A stretch of DNA of 54,175 bases, filler included, from Squatina squatina (GCA_031763465.1; 3 parts of 3 records of this genome joined end to end with filler, not necessarily neighbours in it); one strand, 5' to 3'. Counted from the first letter of the whole stretch, positions 10,625 through 23,385 are shown. Translations and numbers: made by a program. The notes: generated by a model not told the origin, from the sequence alone.

Positions 10625-12337
10625 NNNNNNNNNNNNNNNNNNNNNNNNNNNNNNNNNNNNNNNNNNNNNNNNNNNNNNNNNNNNNNNNNNNNNNNNNNNN
10701 NNNNNNNNNNNNNNNNNNNNNNNNCCATCGTCAGACCTATCTGCATATTTAAGGAAGGATCCCTTCCTGTAGGTGTCTCATTCGCCTGCTCAAAAGACTG
10801 GATTAACATTGGGACATGACGGGAAGACTGCAGGATCAGTGGGGGTAGGTGGCTGGCTGATTTTAATTGCCCCCTTGCCCAGTATCCTCCAGGCGGGATC
10901 AGTTAATATCAGTGTAGTTATGTTTATTATGAATAGTGACAGTACTAATGTTTGCTATATTTTCAATAAGTCTTTCAATCTGTTGCATTGTTTTGCTAAC
11001 ATGTTGTAAAATACTGCTCACATTATTGCCAACCCAGCTCGTTCATATTTGTAAGGATGTTGCAAATGCAGCACTTGTAGTTTGTACAATGTGGCTTTTT
11101 GTAATTGCAGCCAGAAATTAGTGATAACATCAGCCATCATGCTCTGTACAATATTACTATCTTTGTTTCCAGTATTAACATTTCTTTTGAAAGCAGTCGT
11201 TGTCTTTCTTTAGCCTGACCTGGGAGGCCTGCTCTGGAGAGCAGAAGGCCATTGTTATTTGCACAGGGTTTCAACCAGTGTGTACCAAAAGTTAGGGTTT
11301 TTATTTCTTAAACAAAGGTACTTTTCAGTTGCTGATTCCAGGAAGAAAACATATTCATCACAAACCCTTCTCCCATAGTATAAAGNNNNNNNNNNNNNNN
11401 NNNNNNNNNNNNNNNNNNNNNNNNNNNNNNNNNNNNNNNNNNNNNNNNNNNNNNNNNNNNNNNNNNNNNNNNNNNNNNNNNNNNNCTCCATAATAACGGT
11501 GAGCGCTGAAAGCCTCACCGTTATTCTTAATGCAAAATCCGGGTTATTCGTTCATTTTGGTTTTATATTTTGAATGCTTCCATGAACAACCGGATTCCTC
11601 TAATGTTGTAAACATAGGTCCATTTTTGTAGACATAATGTAACATACCTCTATTATTTTCAGATCTTTCTGTAGATTTGAGATTCCATTTCCAGACTTCT
11701 AGGCATGATACTGTGATTGATGCTTAGCTCTCCGAGATGTCGTTAACTTGAAATCTGATATTATTGCTGGGGATGGTTAAAATCTCCATCCACAGACTTT
11801 CAACCAAAGTGCATTGGATCTGTCCATTATAAAATGCTAATAGTTTTTTTAATATGTAAGTGGATTGATAATTGATGAAACCAAATGGACTCTGCTTTTA
11901 TAGAAGCTAATTGTGATGTTTATAATTTGGCTAACAAGTTGTGTTGTATTTTGAGTTAAATTTTATTATAAAACTTAAAAATGCCACATCAAAATACTTG
12001 CTGTATCCTTTTATGGTTTAGAATGTAAAAACTATTCCAGAGGCTGATCTCGGTATGGTTTTATCTTTTTGTGCTTTATCTACAGCTGGTGTTAAGTTTC
12101 AAGTTTTTCAGAAGGTTGATGGCAAACCTCTTCACTTGTTAATGCAGGTACAGATCTCAATATTTTCATTGTGACTGAGCTTTATCCTGAATGGCCACCT
12201 TAATTTAAGAACATAAGAAAGAGAAGCTGGAGTCAGCCATTTGACTGTCAGTAAGGAAGCTGATGTGACTTTTTAGGATTGTAGTGATATCATAGTGTCT
12301 TTTATAAAAAAAAAATTAGTTCCGTGAATTTTATTTA

Positions 12338-12437
12338 NNNNNNNNNNNNNNNNNNNNNNNNNNNNNNNNNNNNNNNNNNNNTTAATTAATTAANNNNNNN
12401 NNNNNNNNNNNNNNNNNNNNNNNNNNNNNNNNNNNNN
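12338..12437. other. Artificial scaffold-join spacer (44 N + TTAATTAATTAA + 44 N)
   Basis: Exactly 100 nt with a centred 12-mer (12382-12393) giving stop codons in all six frames. An identical construct lies at 39280-39379. Confidence 0.95.
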
Positions 12438-13744
12438 AAACCAGCCCAGGAGATCACATTGACCATTGACCTGTTGTAAAATGCAATCTATAGCCCATGT
12501 ATGTATGCATACTGTTTGGTGTTTGAGTTTAATGGATGGCCGTATAATGTACAGTAAATCAGAATGAACACAAAGCAATGCTTAACATTAAGTTATCAGT
12601 CTAATTTCTGCACGCATTAATTTTTCCACGTAAGAGAAGTTGTTGAACAAACACCACACAACCTAATAGTGACTGTGATGCAAGCTTTTGTGTCCAAAGC
12701 CATCTCGAGACCATTAATTGTTAATGGCCCTGAGTCCTGTCATTAAAAATTGAAATAGCGCAAATCGCACCAAACGTGCAATTGCTATTGCCGACTCTCA
12801 GCTCGGAACGCTATTCATCTTTGTATTGTTATGGGCAGATTTTAGCTGAAGCTAACCAGACAGGACTCAGATCAGAAGCACGGTTTTCAGCCATGGCAAT
12901 AATGCTGCTCTACATTGGGGCTAAAGACCACTCCTTGGAAGTAGTTCTGAGTGACGGAAGGAGATTATCCTTGCTGAGGTGAATAGGCATTATTTCAGCT
13001 CCCTGGGTCTTTCAGAGTGGCGGATCTGGTAACAACACGCAGTAGATAAGCAAACAATTACGATCATTTGCCAGCTATCTAGTTTAAAGCGAGCATATAT
13101 TGCCGGTCACGTTGAATTTGACTGTCTAAATGCATGGCCCAATCTGTGGGTTTATTTCAGACTTTTGCAGGGGATGTCACAGGAATCACCTTAACAACTG
13201 ACTTTAGGTCATTATATCTGCCTTCCTATAAACAATAACAGGAAGTATGACATGAGCTTATTTTTTTTAAGACATTGTAGGATTTTCCTGGCTTTCAAGC
13301 ACTATTGATTGTGCACATATAGAATTACAGCAATCTCCATATGCTCTGAAATAAGGAGGGATTTCATTCTCTAAATCATTTCGATGTAACCATCATCATG
13401 TGTGTTCTTTAGTTCTGCCTGGATAATGTTACAATTCATTGAAGTAGAGTTTTTGAGTCAGAGGAAATGTCAAAAGGCTGGTTGGAAATTAAGTGGTTTG
13501 TCATCTTTTGGCTTCGAGCTGGCCAATCTACTTCTTATGTGCATGCATTAGTCACTACTGTTCCTCCAGCTCCACTATGAACACATCGGCCTGGCTTGTG
13601 TCATCAGTGGCAAATTACACTTGCCCTTGCCCACGGGCTTTTGCACTGGAACTTGCTGTAATTAAAAATCCAAAACAGCGCAGCACCCTCTACAGGGAAT
13701 CAGGGGCCTGTGTGAACAGGGCGTGGTGGTGAGCTGCCTTCTTG

Positions 13745-14062
13745 ATTACAACTGAGCGGCTTGCTGGGCCATTTCAGAGGGCAGTTAAGAGTCAACCACA
13801 TTGCTGTGGGGTCTGGAGTCACATATAGGCCCAGACCAGCAGATTTCCTTCCCCAAAGGGCATTGGTGAACCAGGTGGGTTTTTACACCAATCCGGTAGT
13901 TTCATGGCCACCATTACTGATACTAGCTTTTTTATTCCAGATTTACTTAAGTGAATTTAAATTCCCCAGCTGCTGTGGTGGGAATTGAACACATGTCTCT
14001 GGATAATTAGTCCAGGTTTCTAGATTACTTACTAGGCCAGTAGCATAACAATTATGCTACCA
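13745..14062 (-). mobile_element. tRNA-derived SINE, near full length
   Basis: The minus strand starts with a tRNA-like head (ggtagcataattgttatgctactggcctagta...gttcaattcccacc, B-box-like). The body (ccatgaaactaccggattg...cccacagcaatgtggttgactcttaactgccctctgaaatggcc) is typical of abundant shark SINEs. Confidence 0.7.
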
Positions 14063-14431
14063 TACCCGTAAAATGGCTAAGTCAGAATTAAGCGGCATTG
14101 CATCTCTGCTGGCCATTGGCCAGTTGGTAGTACAAGTAGGCAAACAGACGTTCTCTCAGACTTCTAAAGTTTTGCAGGGAGACAGCCCTGCTGTTCCGAT
14201 GCAGGGATGGGTGGGGAGGGACTGTAGCTAGAGATGCTCAGGAGGGATGGAGACACCATGCAGGGGCGCTCCATTGCATCACATAGTTTCAGGCTCTTAC
14301 ACCAGCCCACTTGTTTTTCTGCTTGGTGTTCTGGACTTTGTTGATGATAAAAGCCTCAGGAGGAGATACCTAACCCACTGGACGGGTTAATTTAAGCAGG
14401 TTTAGCGCACAGCGACCCCTCTCTCTCCTCC

Positions 14432-14525
14432 TTTAAGGTGCTCTCAGACCTGAAATACTAACTGCTTCTCTCGTCATGGATGCTGCCTGGCCTGCTGAGT
14501 GTTTGCAGCATTTTCTGCTTTTGTT
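14432..14525. mobile_element. Penelope-type terminal repeat fragment
   Basis: gacctgaaatactaactg...gatgctgcctggcctgctgagtgtttgcagcattttctg is the reverse complement of the left arm at 34287-34350. Confidence 0.5.
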
Positions 14526-17500
14526 CCTTAAAACCTATCTCTTTGACCGAGCTTTGGGTCGCCTGTCCTAANNNNNNNNNNTATTTATTGATAACGCTCC
14601 TGTGAAGCACCTTGGGATGTTTTACTATGTTAAAAATGCTAGATAAATGCGAATTATTGTTGAGCGAGCAAGGTCGCCCCTCGACCTACATTCAACCTCA
14701 GAAAATGCATACCCCTCTCCAACTTCCTATTGCAACAACAATTATCTTGGTGAGTTTGAGTCAGCTGGCTATTTGGATTTGCTATTTATTAATTAATGCT
14801 GGACTGGAGAAGTGTTTCTGCTGTGGGTGCTTGCTAGGAAGTGGGTGAAGACTGCCCAGGTTTAATCTGCTTGGAATTGTTATTGTAATTCTTAGGCTTG
14901 ATCAGTCCTTCAAGGTCGAGGATGACTTGCTTCCACTCTGGAGTTGTGGGATCTGAGGCGACTAAATATTCCTATNNNNNNNNNNNNNNNNNNNNNNNNN
15001 NNNNNNNNNNNNNNNNNNNNNNNNNNNNNNNNNNNNNNNNNNNNNNNNNNNNNNNNNNNNNNNNNNNNNNNNNNNAGTCAGTCTGTCTCATAGTGGCAGT
15101 GTATAAATCTGCAGATATGGCAAGAGTTATCCATTAAAAGTTACAGTCACGTTGATTGAGAAACAAAACCTATTTTGACATACGTCTCTTTTAAGAAAAA
15201 AAATATAGCTTCATATGTTTTAATGGGTTTGCAATCTGTGTCAGAGTTGATGATCATAAATGTCACTCCTAACACTTCACCAGAACATTGACAGCTCTGC
15301 TGGCCAAGTTATAGCAGATTCATCAAAATGGTGGCAGTTATTACCTATTCTCCTCTGTAATTTGGAACATGGTTTGGCCCACACACAGAGTCATTGCAAA
15401 GGCCAGCGCTATTGAGAGTTCAGGTTCGGCTAAAAAGGACTCAGATTTGTGTCAGAAGTTTGAATGTATCTGAATTCACATCCAAGGTATACATCATGTG
15501 GAGAATGCATAACACCTAAAATTACACAGAGGATTACTGGATGACCAGCGGTAGGATTGTAAGACAGAGATATCTCATCAAACAGTTCAGAAACTGCGAA
15601 CAAAGATTCAAGCAACTGGTCATTCAGTTGGACATCGAGTTTGGATTGCTGTATGTAACTCACTGAACACAGTCCAGCGTTATATGGAGCTGTAAATGTT
15701 TGATCTATAAGCAATAAATCCCATAGTGTCCCATGTGATGTAAGACTTTAAAGATTCCTTTAAAGGCTTCAGGGGTCATCACCAACTGCAGGAGTCATCT
15801 GATACCAAAGAGGGTCAGAGCTTTGAAATCATTTCAGGGTAGACACTGTGACTGCACATTGATCAAAAAAATATGTATATTCGGGTCGATGACAAAGGGT
15901 CANNNNNNNNNNNNNNNNNNNNNNNNNNNNNNNNNNNNNNNNNNNNNNNNNNNNNNNNNNNNNNNNNNNNNNNNNNNNNNNNNNNNNNNNNNNNNNNNNN
16001 NNATCTATGTTAAGATGTAGCATAGAAAAACCAACATACAACCTTTAGTATGAATATCTCAAGAAAAACAGACACAGGATTCATATTGTGGTGAATCCAG
16101 AAAATGAATAAAGGTTTTTTTTTCTCGCCTCAGGCAGAATCAAATCAGAGATTGCACAGAACTGGGAAATATTTTATAATTTAATGCGTTATAGCATTGA
16201 GTATGAAGGATGTACCTGCATGTAATTGTCTGCCCAAAGCACCTCATTAAACACAGAGTGAACTTAATAAAAACCTTCAAGTTGGAGGAGATATAAGAAA
16301 GCGATTTTTGTAGAGTGATTTAGCCTGAAGGTGTGGAAATCACACTTTGTAGATTTTAATATAAGATGAGTAAGTAGAAACAAACAAGAAAAAATGCTTC
16401 AGTAATGATAACTATATACAATCAGGAAACTATCATCAAATTATTTATCTTACAGAGAGGCATGTAGAGTCCTATTCTTCTTAGGCGGTCCCTCGGGGTC
16501 GAGGGNNNNNNNNNNNNNNNNNNNNNNNNNNNNNNNNNNNNNNNNNNNNNNNNNNNNNNNNNNNNNNNNNNNNNNNNNNNNNNNNNNNNNNNNNNNNNNN
16601 NNNNNTCCTAGTTTACTCTCATATTCTAGCCAGGGTTCTATGTTTACCATGATTGGGTTGCAGAAAAGCAAATGGTTGCTGCTGAAGCTCTGCCTCTCCA
16701 ATTGATGAAACCACCATTCGGTGGGCGATGGCGTGTATCCATCAGGAGGACGATGGCAATAAACTCACATACTTTATGGTACAGCTCACCGTGCTCCTTA
16801 TGAAGAGTTCCTAGTATCTGCTGTCCCCTTACCGAGGGCTCAAACCCATGCTGCTCATCAGTTGTCTCTTGACAGATTCGTGGTTGTCCTCCCAAGGGCC
16901 AAAGAAGGTAAGTGGGGGTCTCTTAGGGGTCAAGCTGTCTTTAAAACAACGTGTTTGGCGATGGAAATTTGGAATTGAGTCAACTCTCCATAGCAGACCT
17001 GTAATCTGATACTTGAGCGGGGCAGGTCTGCAGTACTTCAGAACACTGTTGATGATTGAGCTGACAAGTCTGCCTCATTAATGGGATATGGAGAGTGGAG
17101 CTGTCACAGGAGGAGGTTGGGACTTTCCCCACTTAGTTCCAGACAACCCTGATAGCCAATACCTTAATGAGTAGGGTGATCCTTGCGAAATAAGGAACCG
17201 GAAGTTTATCAGCGCTCTGAGGTGATAAGCTGTAAGGTTTTGTCTGGTTAAATTGCAGCAGTACCCTGTGCACAACTGAAGTGTGTCCCTACAAGAAGAA
17301 AGACTTTCATTTATATAGCGCCTTTCATGACCTCAGGATATTCCATGCCGATTTACAGACAATAAAGNNNNNNNNNNNNNNNNNNNNNNNNNNNNNNNNN
17401 NNNNNNNNNNNNNNNNNNNNNNNNNNNNNNNNNNNNNNNNNNNNNNNNNNNNNNNNNNNNNNNNNNNAATTCAATGTCAGTAATTGTGAGGTGATCCATT

Positions 17501-17672
17501 TTTGGTAATAAAATAACAACAGTAATTATATTCTGAATGTAAATAGGCTTTTGCCATGGAAAAGCAGAGAAATTTAGGGCTACGAGTTAATAGGACATTA
17601 AAAGTAGCACTTGAGGTTTATCAGCTGTAAATAAATTTTAAAAAATAATCAGTTTGGCAACAATCTTCAGGC

Positions 17673-17894
17673 ATTTTATGCCTTTCAAAATAATGCACTA
17701 TTTCATTCTTTACATTTGCCCTCATACATCAAATACAGAGGTGTAATGGAAACAAAGTGTCCTCCCTCACTGACCGATCAATGCCACACAAACTTCAGTG
17801 CAAGGATTTTTGATCTTTTACCGTTCAGCTAGATGCATATAAAAGGAAAATCATAAAAAGCATGCATTCTTCTGTAAAGATTACGTGATATTTA
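17673..17894 (+). repeat. ~220-bp direct repeat, copy 1
   Basis: attttatgcctttcaaaa...cctcatacatcaaat...aacttcagtgcaagg...ttcagctagatgcatata...aagcatgcattcttctgtaaag aligns colinearly with 19912-20131. Confidence 0.9.
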
Positions 17895-18753
17895 TTGACT
17901 GGTTGGGTCTGTTTCCATGTTGTAACTTCTATGCATTTCTTCAGATATCAGCCTTAGCTCAGTGGTAACACTATTGTCTTTCAGTCAGAAGGTTGTGGGA
18001 TCATAGACCCACTCCAAGGTCAGAGAGGAAATTGGAAAGTAGGGGAGAAGGTGAATGTCAAATCCCCCCCTAACTTCGGCAGTGTGAGACCCGAGTGACT
18101 TTAACTCCCTAGCCTGATTGGCATGCCCCAGTCAGCTGCCTGCCTGAAATGGGTGGGAAGTGGCTGCTGGTCATCAGGCAAGAGCAGAATTTTGGATGGC
18201 AGGAAGTCACTGACCAGGACTGAAGAAACATTCGCTAGCACCCAAGTAATTTGCAAGGAAGGGCTTGCAGGAGGGTCTCACCTTCAGGAAGGTGGGTGAG
18301 GAGAGCCCGGGTGTGGAGAGCTCTCTTGGCCTGCAAGGAAAGTAAAACCAGCTTTAAAAAAAGACTTGCCTGTTTGGGCTTCTTCTGGCCCTGGATCCTG
18401 CCTAAATTTTAACCAAGCGGAAAACCACAATGATATCCCCACTCTGGCCATCAGTTAAAATAATAGTTGGGTGATGTCACTGTATCCTGATTTCTACACG
18501 CTTAGAGCAAGTTGAAATCCCAGACATTTTGCCCGTTTTTTTAAAATGTCTCGGCAGGTAGAGTTAAAATCACCCCTCAGGACTTGAAATCAATGGAAAT
18601 GAAAATTAAGTGAGGTATATAATGGGCAGCCAATCTGATATTACCCGTTTTACACTTATCAGCACAATTTAAAATTATTCCCCCATTGTGCAATACCATG
18701 CAAGAGCAACAAGTATTTATAGATTTTCTGGATGTTGTTAAGCTATTCCAAAC

Positions 18754-18872
18754 CTTCATTGTTGCAGGTGACCTAATCATCCACTTGCAGTTAGCATTAT
18801 TAGGATACAACGCTGGGTAATTTGCAGAGGTGAAACTTCCATAATTGTGGGTATATAGCTTTCCACGTACAT
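18754..18872 (-). CDS. Exon encoding the N-terminal half of a CUB domain (parent gene not identified, possibly a pseudo-exon)
   Basis: (D)VRGKLYTHNYGSFTSANYPALYPNNANCKWMIRSPATMK fits CUB GxFxSxNYPxxYPNNxxCxWxI. Acceptor ttctatttcattttaaaag, donor AAG|GTTTGG, 119 nt, phase 1 to 0. Confidence 0.7.
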
Positions 18873-19048
18873 CTTTTAAAATGAAATAGAACAAAATATA
18901 TTGGCTTTATGTTACAAATATGAATTATGCAATATAATACATTCACCATTTTAAAAAAAACTTTTTTTACATTAAGTATTTTTAATAGTCATTTATTTTG
19001 GTCCGTTGTGATGAATGGTTGTNNNNNNNNNNACTTTTATAATAGGTG

Positions 19049-19268
19049 GTAGCCTTGGCTCAGTAGTATCACTCTTGCCTCTGTCAGAAAGTTGTCCTCA
19101 AGCCCAAATCCAGAGACTTGATCAGATAATCCAGGTTGACACTTCAGTGCACTACTGGGGGAATGCTGAATTGTTGGAGGTGCCATCTTTCAGTTTAGAT
19201 GTTAAACAGATCCTGACTGCCCTCTCAGGTGGATTATAAAGATTGGCTTACATTATCTGAAGTAGAGC
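19049..19268 (+). mobile_element. Deu-domain SINE (SacSINE1-like), decayed 5' half
   Basis: gccttggctcagtagtatcactcttgcctctg head, then ggaggtgccatctttcag...gttaaac...gccctctcaggtgga, homologous to 37050-37461. Confidence 0.75.
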
Positions 19269-19911
19269 ANNNNNNNNNNNNNNNNNNNNNNNNNNNNNNN
19301 NNNNNNNNNNNNNNNNNNNNNNNNNNNNNNNNNNNNNNNNNNNNNNNNNNNNNNNNNNNNNNNNNNNNNATGGGTATGAAGCCAAAGTGGTGTGAGATGA
19401 ACTGTTGGGGCTCCCACCTCTTGTATAAATGTGCTCTGAGTCATTTCATAATTGCAATGCACTACACTGTTTACATCAAGGCAATGCCAAAACAGCGTTT
19501 CATCGGTGCAAGCTGTTTAGTACAAGTTATTCAATCTTGTACAGTCCACTGGTCCACTGGGGTCCATTGGCGCCATCATGAACCCTGATTACAGCTTTCA
19601 CCGGCCTTAGTGTTGTGATGGTCAATGGTAGTGACAGCAGGTACATTCTGATGATGTGCTTATTGTGTCGTCAAAAGCTAATTTGTACAGTATGAGAGTA
19701 CAGCTTGGGACCTTTTGATGTGAAAACATGAGCTCACTCAATCTATCTTTTTGTGTCAGAAGTAATGCTTGTGTTTCTAATTTTCTTTAAAGCATTTTTG
19801 AAAATCTGTGGCTAATTTTGTTGTTCAAAAATGTTCAGATTTTGCCCATAACCATCTGCACTGCTTTTGGCGGTATAATGTATGAACACCTGATTTTAAC
19901 TATTGAGTTTA

Positions 19912-20131
19912 ATTTTATGCCTTTCAAAACAATACACCATTTAATTCTTTACATTTAACCTCATACATCAAATGCAGAGGTGTAAAGAAAAAAGTGCCCT
20001 CCCACACTGGCCGATCAATGCCATACAAACTTCAGTGCAAGGATTTCTGATCCTTTACTGTTCAGCTAGATGCATATACAAGGAAAATCATGAAAAGCAT
20101 GCATTCTTCTGTAAAGGTTCCCCGATATTTA
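19912..20131 (+). repeat. ~220-bp direct repeat, copy 2
   Basis: Colinear with 17673-17894, with scattered substitutions and few indels. Confidence 0.9.
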
Positions 20132-20479
20132 ACCACACTTTTTATCTACATACATGTACATATAGGGAACCCCTCTCCAATTTTTGCCAGGCCCCCGATC
20201 CACTTCGGATCCACCCCAATCTTGTCCTGGCCCCCGATGAATGGGAAGCCTCAGTTTTCCACCCCCACCCAGCTTGTTATTCAGGCTTGCTGGGGCTGGG
20301 AAACAGAGACTTCCCTTTCAAATCAGGCCCTGCTATAAAAGTCGGCAGGGCTAATGGGAAACACGCTCTCCCACGTTTCCTGATTGCCTCGAAGCCCCCA
20401 ACCACCCGCTCCTCACACCACCAACCCGTCTTCTCCATTAAAATTCAGCCCACATGTCAGGTCATGCACCTGGGTTGAT

Positions 20480-21125
20480 CAGTAAGAAATTAAGTTCAAT
20501 ATAGAAAAATGCAAGGTAATGCACATTAAAAGTAAGATACTGCACGTTTAACTTCCACCATGGCAAGTTCTACCTGATCCGTGTATTTCATGGACGAGAA
20601 AGAACATTCGAAGGCGAAGCCAAAAGAGAACAAAGTTGACCCATTGCTCACTGTGATCAAATGTCTAAGGCAGCAATAAGCAAAACAAATAGGGTTCTGG
20701 GCTATATTGCCATAGCATCGTCAAAATCTCTTTCGTGACCAGAAGTAATGCTGAAGATATTCAGTGTTCTGGACAGACCACACCTAGAATACTGTATGTA
20801 GGTCTAGTCGCCACAATATAAGAAGGCCATCCAGGTCCGAGAGATGATGCAGAGGACAACATATAGGGTGATTTCCAATGTTAGAGGAATAAACTATGAG
20901 AAACAACTAATTAAGCTGGGACTTGTCAGTGTTGAGAAGGCACATGTTAGAAGAGACCCTCTGGAGATATTTAAGATAATTAACTGCGTAGAGAAAGTAA
21001 ACCTGGAACAATACTTTCAAACACGCCAAGACAAGAGGATATAGGTTTGGGTTTTGAATGGCAAATCTAGGACAGATGAAGGGAATATTTCGCTACACAA
21101 ATGATGATTGATGGCTGGAATGGGT
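20480..21125 (+). mobile_element. Old CR1 ORF2 3' fragment
   Basis: KFNIEKCKVMH..., RPHLEYC, MMQRTTYRVISNVRGINYEKQLIKLGLVSVEK...RRDPLEIFKII, with stops and frameshifts. Confidence 0.8.
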
Positions 21126-21410
21126 GGCAGAACTCGATTTAAGAAAAAATACTTTTCACATTCTGGAAGGATGAGATTAAAGCCTAAATTTTGAGTCTGT
21201 GTACATATTGGAAAATCAGAGGCGCAGACTTGGAACACAGGCCCCCAAATGCCTTCATCGTCGAAATCTATTTTGTGATCTTGTGAATTGTCAAACAATT
21301 ACGACATTGTNNNNNNNNNNNNNNNNNNNNNNNNNNNNNNNNNNNNNNNNNNNNNNNNNNNNNNNNNNNNNNNNNNNNNNNNNNNNNNNNNNNNNNNNNN
21401 NNNNNNNNNN

Positions 21411-21493
21411 TGTCGAGTGCTCTCGCCAAAGACATTTGGGCTGTGTGAAGCTTTCGTCATGACACTCCTTTCATTATTGCTGTCAATTCTGAT
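21411..21493 (-). CDS. FMR1: FMR1 terminal coding exon (human exon 17 equivalent), truncated by an N gap
   Basis: Acceptor tttgtttcag, then IRIDSNNERSVMTK (recalled human IRVDCNNERSVHTK). Phase 0 matches the previous exon. Confidence 0.9.
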
Positions 21494-21879
21494 CTGAAAC
21501 AAATCAGAAAGTGTTCAGAAACTAAATGCTGAACCCACAACATTAACTGTACGGCAGTGACACGGAACTTATGAGGACTTTGCAAAAAAAGTAAAACAGT
21601 TGATAAAATACAAACTGTATTAAACTGGTCGCATTACTTTAAAGAGGTCAGCACAGCCAATAAAACACTACTTGAATAGATACGATTTTCCATACATATT
21701 CTTGATAGTCGCAGCTCGTGGCGCGACACAGCAGATCAAACCCACAGCTAATGAGCAAAAACTGGTGATACTGACAGTCACATACCCATTCTTGCTTTCT
21801 ATTCGACTTATCTAAAATTTTGCCATTGCTTGTCACCTTGAACAAACATATTTCATCAGGATAGTGATTTCAACTTCTC

Positions 21880-22300
21880 CACTGCCCCTTCTATACAAAC
21901 ACTGCCACACACCCGCTGTCCCACACCAAGTCCCGTTCATCCATCACCCTCGTCCTTAATGATCTCCTTTGGCTCTCACCTTGACCTTGTTTCCCCCTTC
22001 TCCCCTGTGCACTCATCCCAAGTCTACCTTTCCAATCGCTGCCAGCCCAACAGCCCAGCCCGTGCCCAATGGTCCCTGCGTTCCATCCGCTTGTACACGC
22101 CCCTTATCCCCTCCCACCCTCCTTTGCTCCAGTTGTCTAGCCTTTAGCCGAGCTTCCTTCACCTTACTACTTCTTTCCTCACATTTAAAAGCCTCCTCCA
22201 ATCCATGCTTTCAGTCACCCCACCCAACTCCTGTGTACCATCCATTTTGTCCATGAAACACCTTGAATTGTATCAAAAGCTGTTATACAAGTGCAAGTTC
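21880..22300 (+). mobile_element. L2-clade LINE 3' fragment (decayed)
   Basis: TKSRSSITLVLNDLLW resembles the L2 HITPVLxxLHWLP motif, followed by a pyrimidine-rich L2-like tail. Confidence 0.6.
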
Positions 22301-22748
22301 TTGCATCACAAGTTGTTTTGACATGCTGCACCATAATGTGGTAGGATGCCAGTTCATTCATACCTGTGATTCCCCATATAGTGGCTTCCCAGTCTTCGCA
22401 GTGTCAGCACAAAAAAAGGGGAGAAAAAGTATGTTTTAANNNNNNNNNNNNNNNNNNNNNNNNNNNNNNNNNNNNNNNNNNNNNNNNNNNNNNNNNNNNN
22501 NNNNNNNNNNNNNNNNNNNNNNNNNNNNNNNNNNNNNNNTTTAATATTTGCATACTGAAGAAAATCAACCATAACCAGTTTTATTGCATACTACAGATTT
22601 TTCTTTGTCAAAAAGGCTGATCTTCACACCTGAAATTTGAGAGACTTAGCTACAGATCCCTTAAGTACCAGAATATAGTCTTCACAAACTGTACGTCAGT
22701 GTAGACCAATCTACGCTGTGGAACCCAAAACCACAATTGAAAGGCTAC

Positions 22749-22828
22749 CTGCAATGAGCCGTCTGTCGTCCTGGATTTTGAGTCTCTTGATGAATTGCAT
22801 TTACGGATGTCTGCCCTCAAGAATTCAT
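22749..22828 (-). CDS. FMR1: FMR1 exon (human exon 16 equivalent)
   Basis: 80 nt, acceptor ggcattttag, donor CAG|GTAGCC. Encodes (D)EFLRADIRKCNSSRDSKSRTTDGSLQ; the RTTDGSLQ end is FMR1-specific. Confidence 0.88.
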
Positions 22829-23385
22829 CTAAAATGCCAAAAACAGTTGAAGTCATCTTAGACTGAGAATCAGGGCTGCAGAGTACAATTAAATTATTCA
22901 GGCAACCTGTACAGTTTTCATCTAGTGATATGTTGACACACACACACACGCAATGAACTTCAATCTGTTCAGTTATCCAGTTATATAAACACACACACTG
23001 TAATCTGTCCAGTTCGCAGTACGTGACGGTATTATGTAGCCATGCACACACGAAGAATATTGTCATCTATTCAGTTGCCAAAATGTAGCACTGTTATCCA
23101 GACACACACACACGATGAATGCTGCAGTCTGCACACTTATTCAGAATCCGCTTAAAAAAATTATGCCATTTGCATTGTAATTTGAATGATGGATTAAATT
23201 ACACAAAACTACAAACTGATAAAACAGCTGTACAGACACTTATTTAATATTCTTGACACTCCACTTCATTTGTATGTATTCTTTGATGAAAAGCACATTG
23301 CAAAAAAAAACCTGTAAATCTCTCTATAAAAGTTAAAAGGCCTGCAGATGGTGATCATAATGGAACTGATGCTCTGACCATTTAC

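Noticed and set aside
12382-12393. TTAATTAATTAA as a piggyBac target or homeodomain site
   Set aside because: It is centred exactly in 44+44 Ns twice, so it is an assembly linker.
13681-13696. CTCF-like motif (CCTGTAGAGGGTGCTG on the minus strand)
   Set aside because: It has two mismatches to the core, and such matches are expected by chance in 54 kb.
19518-19570. Minus-strand DCTRLNNLY* resembling an astacin domain end upstream of the CUB exon
   Set aside because: The match is too short, ends in a stop, has no splice donor, and no HExxH motif was found.
19972-20478. 168-aa ORF as a novel gene
   Set aside because: It spans the direct repeat and MITE-like sequence, has no recognisable domain, and the frame is not preserved in the other repeat copy.
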